Assembly (NCBI GenBank): GCA_013166775.1
Contig: JABLTJ010000001.1
Location: 1 to 64,000, forward strand
DNA: 64,000 nucleotides
From: Promethearchaeati archaeon
Lineage (GTDB): Archaea; Asgardarchaeota; Heimdallarchaeia; Heimdallarchaeales; Heimdallarchaeaceae
Direction: 5' to 3'
Shown: in pieces, positions 48,537-58,658 of the stretch
Layout of the letters: the number at the start of each line of letters is the position of its first letter
How positions within the stretch are numbered: position 1 is the first letter of the stretch
The notes under the pieces: generated by a model
Database searches by the model: none
Seen by the model: the letters and a program-made list of their open reading frames with translations, nothing else
What the model was told of the DNA's origin: nothing
Made by a program: the position numbers and the translations under genes

Positions 48537-49295
48537 ATGGATATACGAGAAAGTACTGGTCTTCCAATAGAAAGCGATGAAGAGAAAATCAGCTACAATT
48601 CTAACGAAATCAATGTTAAGAAAACTATTTCCTACAAGAAGGGGGATTTACAAAATTTTGTGAAAAACCAGACTTGGGAGACAAATGAAGAAAAACAAGA
48701 GGTTTATAGGCTCTACCAGGAAGTCAAAAAAGTAGAAGATAAAGAGTTTTGGATAGACATTCAATTTGATATAATAATGATGTGGTCTGGATCTTTGGGA
48801 GAAGAATATAGTAAGACAATAGGTTACCAAAGGTCAACAGCTGAAAATGGTTTTAGATTCCCAGAAATTTATCAGATGGCAGAAGGATATGCAGAATTCT
48901 TCTTACAACAATCTAGAGAGAAGCATGAACAAATCAAAGAAGCGATAATAATCAGAGCGCAAAAGTTCGATTTAATTGTAATTCCACCCTCCTATAATGT
49001 TACTATCATTAATCCAAGTGAAAAGAAGAACATTATATCTAGATTGAGAGCTTCAGATGTAGAAGAGATGTCTGAACACTATGCAAGAACAAAAGGAGAA
49101 TGCTATTATAGATTGGAAGGAGGAAAATGGGAATTTAACGAAAATTATGAAGAAATTCCTGTGCTAAGATTAGAAAAACCTCAGAACCATTGGAAATCAT
49201 TGAAAAGAGGAATTCCAATTTATGCTTCTTACATATATAATCCAAAGAGACTCTATTGTTTAGTAGAACCAGATCCTATAGATTTTATTTTGTAA
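48537..49295 (+). CDS. Cupin-type glucose-6-phosphate isomerase-like protein with degenerate metal site
   Basis: G.LGEEY.KT.G, PEIYQ..EG.A.F.LQ, IPP.Y...IINP and N.NY motifs; the His ligands are replaced. Confidence 0.75.
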   Translation: MDIRESTGLPIESDEEKISYNSNEINVKKTISYKKGDLQNFVKNQTWETNEEKQEVYRLYQEVKKVEDKEFWIDIQFDIIMMWSGSLGEEYSKTIGYQRSTAENGFRFPEIYQMAEGYAEFFLQQSREKHEQIKEAIIIRAQKFDLIVIPPSYNVTIINPSEKKNIISRLRASDVEEMSEHYARTKGECYYRLEGGKWEFNENYEEIPVLRLEKPQNHWKSLKRGIPIYASYIYNPKRLYCLVEPDPIDFIL

Positions 49296-49316
49296 TTAAA
49301 GTCTATTATTATTCTG

Positions 49317-49790
49317 CTAGCCATAAATTTCGTCATCACTCCAACCAGTAGAACGTTTAAGTAACCATTGTATATGTCCAATGTGTCTGTGTTCGTGATT
49401 GATTAATCTTACCAGATAGATTCTTCTTTGCATTTTACCCTTCCACATGTCAATTTCCTCCTCTTCTTGCTCAAGTGTAAGTGAAGATAATTTCTCGCAA
49501 AGAATTGGGGAAATAATATCAAATTCAGCTATAATCTCATCCAAAGTTGCCCTGTCATTAACCTCCTCACCTAAATCAAATGCGAGTTTAGAAGGTTCCA
49601 TAGAATAATCGGGAAGTTTCTCAAGCATCCAATGGATGTTCATAAGAAGATGACGAAAGATTAATTCTGGACTCCAAACATTTTCTATGATTGAATCGTA
49701 GAAATGTTTTTCATCAATTTTTTTGAAGAAACTGAAGTGTTTCTTTCTATCCTCTTCAACTATATTGTAGAGTTGCAGTAATGAAATCAT
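49317..49790 (-). CDS. DinB-family protein
   Basis: WS...I.RHL and C-terminal HEHRH.GHI motifs. Confidence 0.8.
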   Translation of the reverse strand: MISLLQLYNIVEEDRKKHFSFFKKIDEKHFYDSIIENVWSPELIFRHLLMNIHWMLEKLPDYSMEPSKLAFDLGEEVNDRATLDEIIAEFDIISPILCEKLSSLTLEQEEEEIDMWKGKMQRRIYLVRLINHEHRHIGHIQWLLKRSTGWSDDEIYG

Positions 49791-49904
49791 ATTGTCTCAG
49801 AGGAGTTCAAAGTTCAGACACTTATAATTATTCTACAATCTAACTGAAAAGAGAAGTGTAAGAAAAAACTTTTAAAAGTAATAAGAAAGGAAAAATGCAA
49901 GTAA

Positions 49905-50013
49905 GGGCCAATAGCTCAGCTTGGTTAGATGTTTAAAGGTTGCGTACCTTAAATTAACAAGCGCACGGCTGATAACCGTGAGGTCGGCGGTTCGAATCCG
50001 CTTTGGCCCACCA
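49905..50013 (+). tRNA. tRNA-Ile(GAT) with 31-nt D-arm intron at 23/24 (49930-49960)
   Basis: GGGCCAA/TTGGCCC acceptor stem, CACGG-CTGATAA-CCGTG anticodon arm; removing the intron restores the GCTC/GAGC D stem; BHB helix GTTA/TAAC. Confidence 0.93.
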
Positions 50014-50087
50014 AATTTCATTTTATTTTAAATCAAAAGAGAGACAAATTTCTTACAGAACCTTCCATAAAACATGAAGGTGCTTGT

Positions 50088-50461
50088 TTGAGTTCATATG
50101 ATATTATTGACGTTAAAGAAACACTGCAGATTTATTTTGAAGGAAACAAAGAATTAGATACAGTAAAAATACTATCGTCTTGGATGAAGATCTCAAAATC
50201 ATCTCAACAGAGAGAACTAAAGGACCTGCTGTTTGGGTAGAGATGGAAGGTTATTACAGAAATGAAATAAACAATGACATGAGTAAATGGGGAATCGAGT
50301 TTGATATTGTTACTAAGGATGTTTTTAGAAACTGTGCATCAGTTAGAGTCGATGTAAGATATAGAGTTGATTCTAGAAATTTTAAGGAGACACAGTTTCT
50401 ACATCTGCTCAAGAAAGAAAATACATGGTTAATCTATAGTAAAATATTTACGTTTTATTAA
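50088..50461 (+). pseudogene. NTF2-like (lumazine-binding-like) protein with an apparent 1-nt deletion near 50183
   Basis: TTG at 50088 after AAGGTG reads SSYDIIDVKETLQIYFEG...KILSSW, then continues in the -1 frame as DEDLKIIS...FLHLLK....W.I.SKIF. Confidence 0.65.
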
Positions 50462-50502
50462 TATGAATAAACAAGTAAGGTTTAGAGATTCAGCATCTAA
50501 TC

Positions 50503-50709
50503 TTACTTTCCTGCTTTTACTTTCGAGTAAGTTTGAAGCTTCTTCTTATCCAGCATTTTAAGAAGTCTATATGCTGCTTCAATCTCTTTAGCACTTGCTC
50601 TTGGTTTTTCAGTCATCAAACCTTCCAATCTTCGGATAACTTGTTTTTCACTTCTTATTCCTGTTAAACTTGGAATAGATTCAATCAAATCCTCTATGTC
50701 TTTGGACAT
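50503..50709 (-). CDS. Small hypothetical helical protein
   Basis: ATG preceded by AGTGAG, fills an intergenic gap, plausible composition; no family recognised. Confidence 0.55.
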   Translation of the reverse strand: MSKDIEDLIESIPSLTGIRSEKQVIRRLEGLMTEKPRASAKEIEAAYRLLKMLDKKKLQTYSKVKAGK

Positions 50710-50838
50710 AATAACTCACTTTTCTTTAGGATTCATAAGATTCATCTCCTTTTGTTTGAATGTATTACCTAGGTAATTATGTATTAGAATTGTGTGAGAC
50801 AAGTAATATTTTATATCATTCACACTCTTTTTTTACAT

Positions 50839-51255
50839 ATGTCTCCACCCGAAAATGATGAATATATTGAAGCAGGTGCTGATCTTTTGCTGAAAGGTTG
50901 GATGATGCTTAATAAGGCATGCCCAACTTGCTTTCAACCATTATACGAAAGACAAGGAGAAGCAGTTTGTGTAAAATGTAAGAAGGATTACATTCTAGTA
51001 GATTCAATCTCTCAAATACCACCAGCTCAGAGTAAACAAGTCAAGAGAGAAGCTTCATCTACACTTCCTAATTTGATCAAATCTTTTGACTTTTCAAACC
51101 TCCCACTTGAATTAAAAGATACTGCAAAGACAATAATTGAAAAAATTAATGCCCTTAATAATCAACTCAAAGAGTCTACAGATCTTAAAGAAATAACTGA
51201 GCTTTCAAGTGCAATTAATTCATTGGTTGATTCACTTCGCTCTCTTACTTCTTAG
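50839..51255 (+). CDS. UPF0148 / Sjogren autoantigen p27-like Zn-ribbon protein
   Basis: ADLLLKGW.ML..ACP.C..PL....G...CV.C; ATG at 50839 preferred. Confidence 0.85.
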   Translation: MSPPENDEYIEAGADLLLKGWMMLNKACPTCFQPLYERQGEAVCVKCKKDYILVDSISQIPPAQSKQVKREASSTLPNLIKSFDFSNLPLELKDTAKTIIEKINALNNQLKESTDLKEITELSSAINSLVDSLRSLTS

Positions 51256-53686
51256 TCTTTCTTTCTTTTTGTTCTCCTTTTAGAAAATCTAATTCTTCCT
51301 TCATCCCTTTTATTTCCTCCCCTTTCTCAATTTCATTATAATTTGAATAAACATAATCAATTATATCTGAAGCAATTTTCTCTCCTATACCTTTGATTTC
51401 AAAGAAATCTTCCAATTTTGCTGTAATTATTTCTCTAACAGACCCAAAATGCTTTAGCAAGCGATTTGCAATTTTCTGATCAACATGAGGTAGAGAAGCT
51501 ATAGTTTCTTCTAGTTGAATCTTCAACCCTAAACCTTTTCTCTTACCTATTGAAACTCTCCTTTTTCTCTCTTCTTGTTCTCTCTTGGCTAATGCGAATA
51601 ATATTTCGGCGGTCTCTTTTTGATTTTTGGTGTATATTATTGGAATCCTGAAATCAGTTGCTAATGAGGTTATGGCTCCAGCTAAGGCACGAGGATGAAG
51701 AGAAGAACCATATAAACTGAATTCTCCTTCTAAAAGAATTATAGGCTTAGCACAGTTTTCAACAAGTATTTTTGTTTGAGTAAATAGTCTTTTATCCAAA
51801 ATAGATTTGACGAAATCCTCTCCTGTTTTTCTTTCAACAACAACTTGATCTGAACAAATATAATCACCCATTTCCAATCTTTCAAAACCTAACTCAACTT
51901 CTTTGTTAATCAGCTCTTTGATAACAAGTGTATTTCTTTCTCTGCTATCGCATATGATTTTAATTCCATCTTTTCCTTCTTCGATTTCTTTACTTTCTTC
52001 TGTTTCAACTGCCAAACCATCTTCAATTTCTTCAGATTCTTCATCTAATTTAGTTTCGCTTTTTGCTTCTTCTAGATACTCCATAATACCTTTTTGTTTT
52101 TCTTTTTTAGTTGGACTTTTTTGTTTGTCTGTAGCATTCATCTCTCTTATGATTCTTTTCATTTTTTGAGCTTGCTTCTTAGATGCCCACATATAAGCTT
52201 CATCTCTGGTTCCTTCAGCTATTAGCATAATTACTTTACCCTTCTTTCTTCTGCCAGTTCGCCCTTTTCTTTGTATTAATCTAATAGCATTTGGGACTGC
52301 ATCATAAAAAACGACTAATTCACATTCACCTATGTCTAGACCTTCTTCTGCAACGCTTGTAGAAACAAGAACATTATAAGAACCGTCGCGAAAAGCTTGC
52401 ATAATCTCTATTTGCTCCTTTTGCGATAGTCCCTTATCCCCTCTTCCTGATGATTGCCCCACAAACCAATGAGCGTTAACGTTTTCTATTGCATTAAGTT
52501 CGTCGCTTATCATCTTAGCTGTTACTCTAAAGTGAGAAAAGACTAAGATTCTATTTTCAGGATTTCTTTTAACTTCTTTCTCTATTATATCCTTCAAGCG
52601 TTCTAGTTTAGGGTGTATTTCCTTTTTATCTTGCAAGGTTTCAACAGCTTCTATGACTGTTTTCATTTCATCTGAGAACATTAGTTCCTTTAATGCTCTA
52701 CTACCCTTTCCGAATTTAATATCATTTATTTGCCCTTCTAGATACTTACTCAAAGAAGGTATTCCCTGAGTTTCTATCAACTCAATAGCGTGAGATAAGC
52801 GTATCGAGTTCCCTACATAAGACATTGCTCTGAAAAAATCTGTTCGATTTTCTTCATGTTTGTCTGAAAATTTTTCATTAACTTTAGCTCTTAATGTTAA
52901 CAATACTCTCCTCGGATTATTTCTAGGAAGGGCGGATTGAATTATTTTTAGCTCTTTTAATCCTTCTAGCATTATCTTAAATAATTCATTTAATATATCT
53001 ATAATTGTACTGAATTCTTTGGGTAAAGGTATTATCTCCCAATTCTCTTCTATATCATGTATATACAATTTAACATCATCAGAGCTTTCATCTCTCATCT
53101 CAACATTTGAGATATTGAGATTCTGCTGAACTTCTTCTATCCTCTCGGGATTTGCACCAGGACTGGCAGTGATTCCTAACAATAGGGGGTTCTTGGTCTT
53201 TTTATAATACTGTTCTGCAATGAAAACGTAGCTATGGTCTCCAACTGCTTTATGTGCTTCATCAAAGCAAAGAAAAACAACATCCTCAAGTTTTACTCTC
53301 CTTTGAATAATATCATTTTGAATTGTTTGTGGAGTACAAATAAAAACCTGACCTGTTTCCCAAATCTCCCTTCTTTTTTTTGGTTCAATTTGACCTGATA
53401 TTTGTATTATTTTGTCTGTATCAATGTTTAATGATTCTCTTGTAGTATACTCGTGCTGGTCAAGTAATGGTTTTGTAGGAGCGCAAAAAACTATCTTTCC
53501 TTCAGGAAATTTCTCCAAACGATGAGCTGCAATCATTAGAAAAAGTATTGTTTTACCTAATCCCGTTGGAAGAATTACTAAAGAATTCTTCTTAATGCAC
53601 GAAGCAAATAGTGTTTGCTGATATAGTCTTGCTTCTACCTTGTCAGGCTTGATTAGTGGGTGATTGATATACTCAGTTTGCACCAT
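51245..53686 (-). CDS. hef: Hef helicase/nuclease (FANCM-like helicase + ERCC4 nuclease + HhH)
   Basis: R.YQ, LPTGLGKT, DEAH, TASPG, QRKGRTGR, D.RE...GDY...VERK and HhH KGIGEK; ATG at 53686 preferred. Confidence 0.95.
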   Translation of the reverse strand: MVQTEYINHPLIKPDKVEARLYQQTLFASCIKKNSLVILPTGLGKTILFLMIAAHRLEKFPEGKIVFCAPTKPLLDQHEYTTRESLNIDTDKIIQISGQIEPKKRREIWETGQVFICTPQTIQNDIIQRRVKLEDVVFLCFDEAHKAVGDHSYVFIAEQYYKKTKNPLLLGITASPGANPERIEEVQQNLNISNVEMRDESSDDVKLYIHDIEENWEIIPLPKEFSTIIDILNELFKIMLEGLKELKIIQSALPRNNPRRVLLTLRAKVNEKFSDKHEENRTDFFRAMSYVGNSIRLSHAIELIETQGIPSLSKYLEGQINDIKFGKGSRALKELMFSDEMKTVIEAVETLQDKKEIHPKLERLKDIIEKEVKRNPENRILVFSHFRVTAKMISDELNAIENVNAHWFVGQSSGRGDKGLSQKEQIEIMQAFRDGSYNVLVSTSVAEEGLDIGECELVVFYDAVPNAIRLIQRKGRTGRRKKGKVIMLIAEGTRDEAYMWASKKQAQKMKRIIREMNATDKQKSPTKKEKQKGIMEYLEEAKSETKLDEESEEIEDGLAVETEESKEIEEGKDGIKIICDSRERNTLVIKELINKEVELGFERLEMGDYICSDQVVVERKTGEDFVKSILDKRLFTQTKILVENCAKPIILLEGEFSLYGSSLHPRALAGAITSLATDFRIPIIYTKNQKETAEILFALAKREQEERKRRVSIGKRKGLGLKIQLEETIASLPHVDQKIANRLLKHFGSVREIITAKLEDFFEIKGIGEKIASDIIDYVYSNYNEIEKGEEIKGMKEELDFLKGEQKERKTKK

Positions 53687-53837
53687 ATGATACCACAATT
53701 GCAATTTGCATACAATGTTTGACTTTTTACTATATAAGAACTGTTGATATAGATTCCATGCCAAACAATGAGTTCCTAGGAATATTGAATGCGTAAATCT
53801 TATATGTCACTTTCATCAGAAACAATTGTGATTTAAA

Positions 53838-55355
53838 TTGAGTTCTTCCGACGCACTATCAAATAATGGTGACTCGTCACTTCCTACAGTTAAAGTAGGT
53901 ATTTTAGTTAGTGCCATCGGAATTGGAATTTTCATGTCTACGCTTGATGCTACGATTGTTGTGATTATTTTAGAGAAAATAAAAAGTTTTTATGAAGTTA
54001 CTTCAAATAGAGTTCAGTGGGTAATATTAGCATATCTTCTTGTAATGATGGCTTTCACTGTAATTGCTGGAGATTTAGGAGATAAATTCAGCAATAAACT
54101 TATTTTTCAAATTGGCATGGCTGTATTCGCGTTAGGATCTATGTTCTGTTTTTTGGCAAGTCGACCTGGTCTAATTCTAAGTAATTCTTTTTGGTGGTTA
54201 GTTCTTGGTCGTGCAATTCAAGCATTTGGAGCAACTGGAATGGTTGCTAATGGAATGGCTCTTATTACGTGTTTCACAACAAAAAAGAATCGAGGAACCG
54301 CAGTTGGTATAAACAATCTATTAATCTCTATTTCCGTTGTTATAGGTCCCGTTTTGGGTGCTGTGATTAGTGATTCAATTTTGAATTGGGGAGGTGTTTT
54401 TATAATTAATGTACCTCTTGGCATTATAGGATTTATATGGGTCCAATTTGCAATTCCTGCAACTCCTCCATGCGCTGGAGAACAAAAAACTGATTATGTT
54501 GGTTCTATTCTTCTTTCCCTATTCCTTACAACTCTTATACTCAGTTTTACTATATTTGTAGACATAGATATTGAAAGCGCAAAATTGTGGGCAGGAATCA
54601 GTTTATTATGCAGCATAATCATATTTCCATTGTTTATCTTTTGGGAAAAGAGAGTAGAGAATCCTATTGTCGACTTAGGGATGTTGAAAAATAAGAAAAT
54701 ATCTATTGGTCTATTTACAGCTATTATGAAACACCAGGGTTATATTGTTATTATTTATCATATTAATCTCTATTTACAAGAAATGGGAATAGTAGAGAAT
54801 ATTCTGCAGGTGGGGCTTATAATTGCGGGATTACCTGTTGGGATGGCATTAATGGCTGCATTCGCAGGTAAATTATCAAATACTATCGATGCTCGTATCT
54901 TATGTACGGTGGCAGCAGCTGGAGTTGCAGTATTATTATTATTGTTAGCTATATTCTTAGACATTCAAACTCCAATCTGGTTTTATGTTTTTACTGCCTT
55001 TACAATTGGTTTAAGCATTGGTTTGTTCATGTCACCAAATGCCAATTCAATAATGTCTGCTGCTCCTAAAGAGAAATTGGGAGTTGCTAGCAGTTTGCAC
55101 GGATTAACTACAAGCATCGGTATAAATTTAGGTATAGCTCTTTCTACTCTAGTATTCACATTATCAGGTAACATTCTTTCGAAATCCAATGGTCAACCTG
55201 CTGAAAATCCAATTAACTATGTACCTGCAATGCAATGGATGTTTGGTGTGTTTGCTATAATACTAGCTATAACTGCAGTAATTTCCTACTTTAGAGGAAA
55301 AGAAGATAGAACAGTTAGTCAACCAACACTAGAACCTGAATTAAAAACAATTTAA
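53838..55355 (+). CDS. MFS transporter, DHA2/EmrB-like
   Basis: About 14 TM segments; LDATIV, GRAIQAFG, GP.LG and F.INVP.G motifs. Confidence 0.92.
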   Translation: MSSSDALSNNGDSSLPTVKVGILVSAIGIGIFMSTLDATIVVIILEKIKSFYEVTSNRVQWVILAYLLVMMAFTVIAGDLGDKFSNKLIFQIGMAVFALGSMFCFLASRPGLILSNSFWWLVLGRAIQAFGATGMVANGMALITCFTTKKNRGTAVGINNLLISISVVIGPVLGAVISDSILNWGGVFIINVPLGIIGFIWVQFAIPATPPCAGEQKTDYVGSILLSLFLTTLILSFTIFVDIDIESAKLWAGISLLCSIIIFPLFIFWEKRVENPIVDLGMLKNKKISIGLFTAIMKHQGYIVIIYHINLYLQEMGIVENILQVGLIIAGLPVGMALMAAFAGKLSNTIDARILCTVAAAGVAVLLLLLAIFLDIQTPIWFYVFTAFTIGLSIGLFMSPNANSIMSAAPKEKLGVASSLHGLTTSIGINLGIALSTLVFTLSGNILSKSNGQPAENPINYVPAMQWMFGVFAIILAITAVISYFRGKEDRTVSQPTLEPELKTI

Positions 55356-55432
55356 TTATTCAAGTTAAGAAAAGTTGTCGATTTTTTAATAAAGCTATTT
55401 CATTAGTTGTTAATATAACAAGAAAGAAATTT

Positions 55433-55454
55433 ATTGAGTGTGTTATCACTCAAT
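55433..55454. promoter_or_regulatory. Perfect inverted repeat ATTGAGTG-N6-CACTCAAT upstream of valS
   Basis: 8-bp arms seen directly, followed by a T run; role unknown. Confidence 0.35.
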
Positions 55455-55487
55455 TTTTAAAGCAAAGACAAAAGAAAGATAGTGTAG

Positions 55488-57965
55488 GTGACAGCGTTGA
55501 ATGAATTTATTCCCCAACTGAAAGAAAGAACCTATAACCCAAAAATTCAGGATATTGAGTTATTCAAAAAATGGCAAAAAGAGAGGTTGTTTGCTTTCAA
55601 CAAAAATTCTGGTAAAGAAATTTATTCTATAGACACTCCTCCACCTTATGCAAATGCTCCTTGGCATATGGGAGGTGCGGTCCATTATAGCGGTATTGAT
55701 ATGATTGCTAGATATATGAGAATGAGAGGACATGAAGTTTTGTTTCCCATGTGCTTAGATAGAAATGGACTGCCTATTGAGGTTCAAGCAGAAAAAGAAT
55801 TCAAAATATCAATGCACGAAGTACCTAGAGAAGATTTTCTTAAAATGTGTAAAGACATTCTAGATCGTGTGGGAGATCAAATCTTACATGTTTGTCGAAT
55901 ACTTGGTTTCAGTAATAATTCATTCGAATGGGAAGAAGTGTATAAAACAGATCACGAACAATACAGAGCACTAACTCAATCAACGTTTATTCAGCTTTAC
56001 AAAAAAAATCTTATTTATGAAGATAATAGACCTAACAATTATTGCACTAGGTGTAAAACGACAATAGCAGATAATGAAATCGATCATAAATCGGGCTCTC
56101 ATCTTCTTTATGATGTAAAATTCAAGGTAAAGGAGACAGGGGAAGAACTAATCATTTCTACTTCTCGTCCAGAGTTGATTCCTGCAATTGGAGTTGTGAT
56201 TTTTAATCCTAAAGATGAAAGATATGCACATTTGGATAGTAAAACGGCTATATCTCCATTGTTTCAAGATGAAGTTCCAATAATGACTCATCATTATGCA
56301 AAAATGGATTATGGGACTGGAATAATGATGGTTTGTGCATATGGTGATTCAGGTGATGTACAGATACTAAGAGAACTGCAATTGAATCCCAGAACAATAA
56401 TCAATATGGATGGGAAAATTACTGGTGCTGTCTCACAATATGAGGGATTAAAAGTAAAGGAAGCTAAAAAGCAAATTGCAAGAGACTTAGAGAGTCAAGG
56501 ATTTATTGAAGATAAGAAGGATGTGCCTCACAACTTTCCTATTTGTTCTCGATGTTCTAATGAAGTAGAATTTCTTGCAATGCCCGAATATTACTTAAAA
56601 CAAGTGGAATTTGTTCCAAAACTGAAAGAGTATTCGGACATTATGACTTTTTTCCCTACTTACATGAAGCAAGTATGGGTAGACTGGTTAAATTCCATAA
56701 CCATTGATTGGCCAATTAGTAGGCGTCGTTATTATGGTACTGAAGTTCCAATATGGTATTGTAAAAAATGTAATCATCCATGTTTACCAGAGTCTGGATC
56801 ATATTATCAACCTTGGAAGGATGATCCTCCTTTTGAAAGTTGTGAGAAATGTGGTACTTCAGAAGGATTTGAAGGAGATACTAGAACCTTTGATACTTGG
56901 ATGGATTCATCCATTAGTGAAATTTATATTACATCGCACCCCCATAATAAAAGAGATGATGATTTATTTGAACAATTGAATAACAGATCTTACATTTGCG
57001 ATATGAGGCCACAAGGTAAAGATATAGTACGAACTTGGTTACACTATACTATGTTGAGAGGATTTCAGCTTTACAATAAACCAGCATTTAATCATGCATG
57101 GATTTCAGGACATGTTGTAGATAGTAAAGGGGAAAAATTTTCTAAAAGCAAAGGAACAGCTGTTATGCCTGAAGAAATGATTGAAAAGTACGGTGGGGAT
57201 GCAGTTCGATTTTATGGCGCTTCAGAAGCAAGTCATGGCTCTGATATTCGTTTTAATGAGCAAAGGTTACAAGGAGTTTCAAAATTTATCAATAAGATAT
57301 TCAATATTGCGAAGTTTGTTAGCAGATTTCCAATTATCGAAGATGAATCAGAGATCGATTTACAACTTGCTGATGAATGGATTCTATCAGAACTTGCATA
57401 TGTGATTCAAGAATCGATGAAAGGTTATGATATATACGATTTCCAGATACCTAGTAAGATTTTGCGAAACTTTGCCTGGGAGACCTTCGCATCTCATTAT
57501 GTTGAGTTGGTTAAGGGAAGAGCATATAATAGAGATAACGCTTTTACAGACAAACAACAGAAAGCTGCTTGGTTCTCTCTGCATAAAGTAATAAGAGAAT
57601 TGACAAAAGCTTATGCTCCAATTATTCCATTTGTTACAGATTTAATTTATAGAGATTTATATGGTCGAACTGTTCATTTGGAATCTTTTCCAAAACCTAC
57701 GGAGATAATCGGTCAAGAAAAATACCGGGAGTTAACATCACAGATTCTGGAAATTAATTCTGCAATTTGGAAATTTAAGAAGAGCAAAAAAGTAGCTCTT
57801 TCCGCATCAATAAAACGAGCAATAATCCCCGCAAGTCTAACTCCTCTCTCAAAGGATTTAGTTTCCATGCATAAAATAGAGCAAATCGCGAACAAGAAGG
57901 ATGAGATGGAAACAATGGAAAGTATAGTTTTAACTGATGGTGTGAATATTTTCCTAGACCTGTAA
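55488..57965 (+). CDS. valS: Valyl-tRNA synthetase
   Basis: IDTPPPY, HMGG (HIGH), DWPISRRRYYG, DTWMDSS, RPQGKDIVRTW and KFSKS (KMSKS) motifs. Confidence 0.95.
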   Translation: MTALNEFIPQLKERTYNPKIQDIELFKKWQKERLFAFNKNSGKEIYSIDTPPPYANAPWHMGGAVHYSGIDMIARYMRMRGHEVLFPMCLDRNGLPIEVQAEKEFKISMHEVPREDFLKMCKDILDRVGDQILHVCRILGFSNNSFEWEEVYKTDHEQYRALTQSTFIQLYKKNLIYEDNRPNNYCTRCKTTIADNEIDHKSGSHLLYDVKFKVKETGEELIISTSRPELIPAIGVVIFNPKDERYAHLDSKTAISPLFQDEVPIMTHHYAKMDYGTGIMMVCAYGDSGDVQILRELQLNPRTIINMDGKITGAVSQYEGLKVKEAKKQIARDLESQGFIEDKKDVPHNFPICSRCSNEVEFLAMPEYYLKQVEFVPKLKEYSDIMTFFPTYMKQVWVDWLNSITIDWPISRRRYYGTEVPIWYCKKCNHPCLPESGSYYQPWKDDPPFESCEKCGTSEGFEGDTRTFDTWMDSSISEIYITSHPHNKRDDDLFEQLNNRSYICDMRPQGKDIVRTWLHYTMLRGFQLYNKPAFNHAWISGHVVDSKGEKFSKSKGTAVMPEEMIEKYGGDAVRFYGASEASHGSDIRFNEQRLQGVSKFINKIFNIAKFVSRFPIIEDESEIDLQLADEWILSELAYVIQESMKGYDIYDFQIPSKILRNFAWETFASHYVELVKGRAYNRDNAFTDKQQKAAWFSLHKVIRELTKAYAPIIPFVTDLIYRDLYGRTVHLESFPKPTEIIGQEKYRELTSQILEINSAIWKFKKSKKVALSASIKRAIIPASLTPLSKDLVSMHKIEQIANKKDEMETMESIVLTDGVNIFLDL

Positions 57966-58183
57966 CACTTATCCAATCGATTTTTCTGCTTTATTTAATC
58001 ATGATTTTCTTTTTTTCTCTTTCACACATTAGCTCAATAAAGAAAACCATTTTAAATGAAGAATTTGACGAAGAGTTTACTGGGCGTATTAAGATAACAA
58101 ATTGTAAGCGTTAATAAACCTTAAAAATTGTGCTCTTACCCGCTAATGTAGTCAATAAAACAAAGAATATAGGAGAATTAAGA

Positions 58184-58648
58184 TTGCCAACCTATAGATA
58201 TTCAGTTCAAACCGATCCAGATAGATCAGCAAAAGCTTCTGCTAGAGACATAGGAATTAGTAGAAAAGCTTCAAGAGAAATATGTAGAGCAATAAAGGGT
58301 ATGACTATCCATCAATCCATAGAATTCCTTGAAGCAGTAATAGAAAAGAAGGTTGCTGTACCATACAGGCGTTTTAAAAGAAATGTAGGTCACAAAAGTA
58401 ATGTGGTTGGGTGGACTGGTGGGCGATATCCAGAGAAAGCAGCAAAAGAAATTTTGAAAGTTGTAAGGAATCTTGAGAACAATGCAGAGAATAATCAATT
58501 GCAACTCGATAAGTGTAGAATTGTTCATGCATCAACTCTTCAAGGTACTAAACAGAAAGCAATTTTCTATAGAGCACAAGGAAGATCTTCTCCTAAAGTT
58601 AGAGAGTTTGTACATATTGAATTAATTGCTGAAGTAGCAGAAAGCTAA
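58184..58648 (+). CDS. rpl22: 50S ribosomal protein uL22
   Basis: S.K...EIC.AIKG, GRYP.KAA, RAQGR and HIEL motifs; TTG at 58184 follows AGGAG. Confidence 0.95.
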   Translation: MPTYRYSVQTDPDRSAKASARDIGISRKASREICRAIKGMTIHQSIEFLEAVIEKKVAVPYRRFKRNVGHKSNVVGWTGGRYPEKAAKEILKVVRNLENNAENNQLQLDKCRIVHASTLQGTKQKAIFYRAQGRSSPKVREFVHIELIAEVAES

Positions 58649-58658
58649 GGTGTAATGT

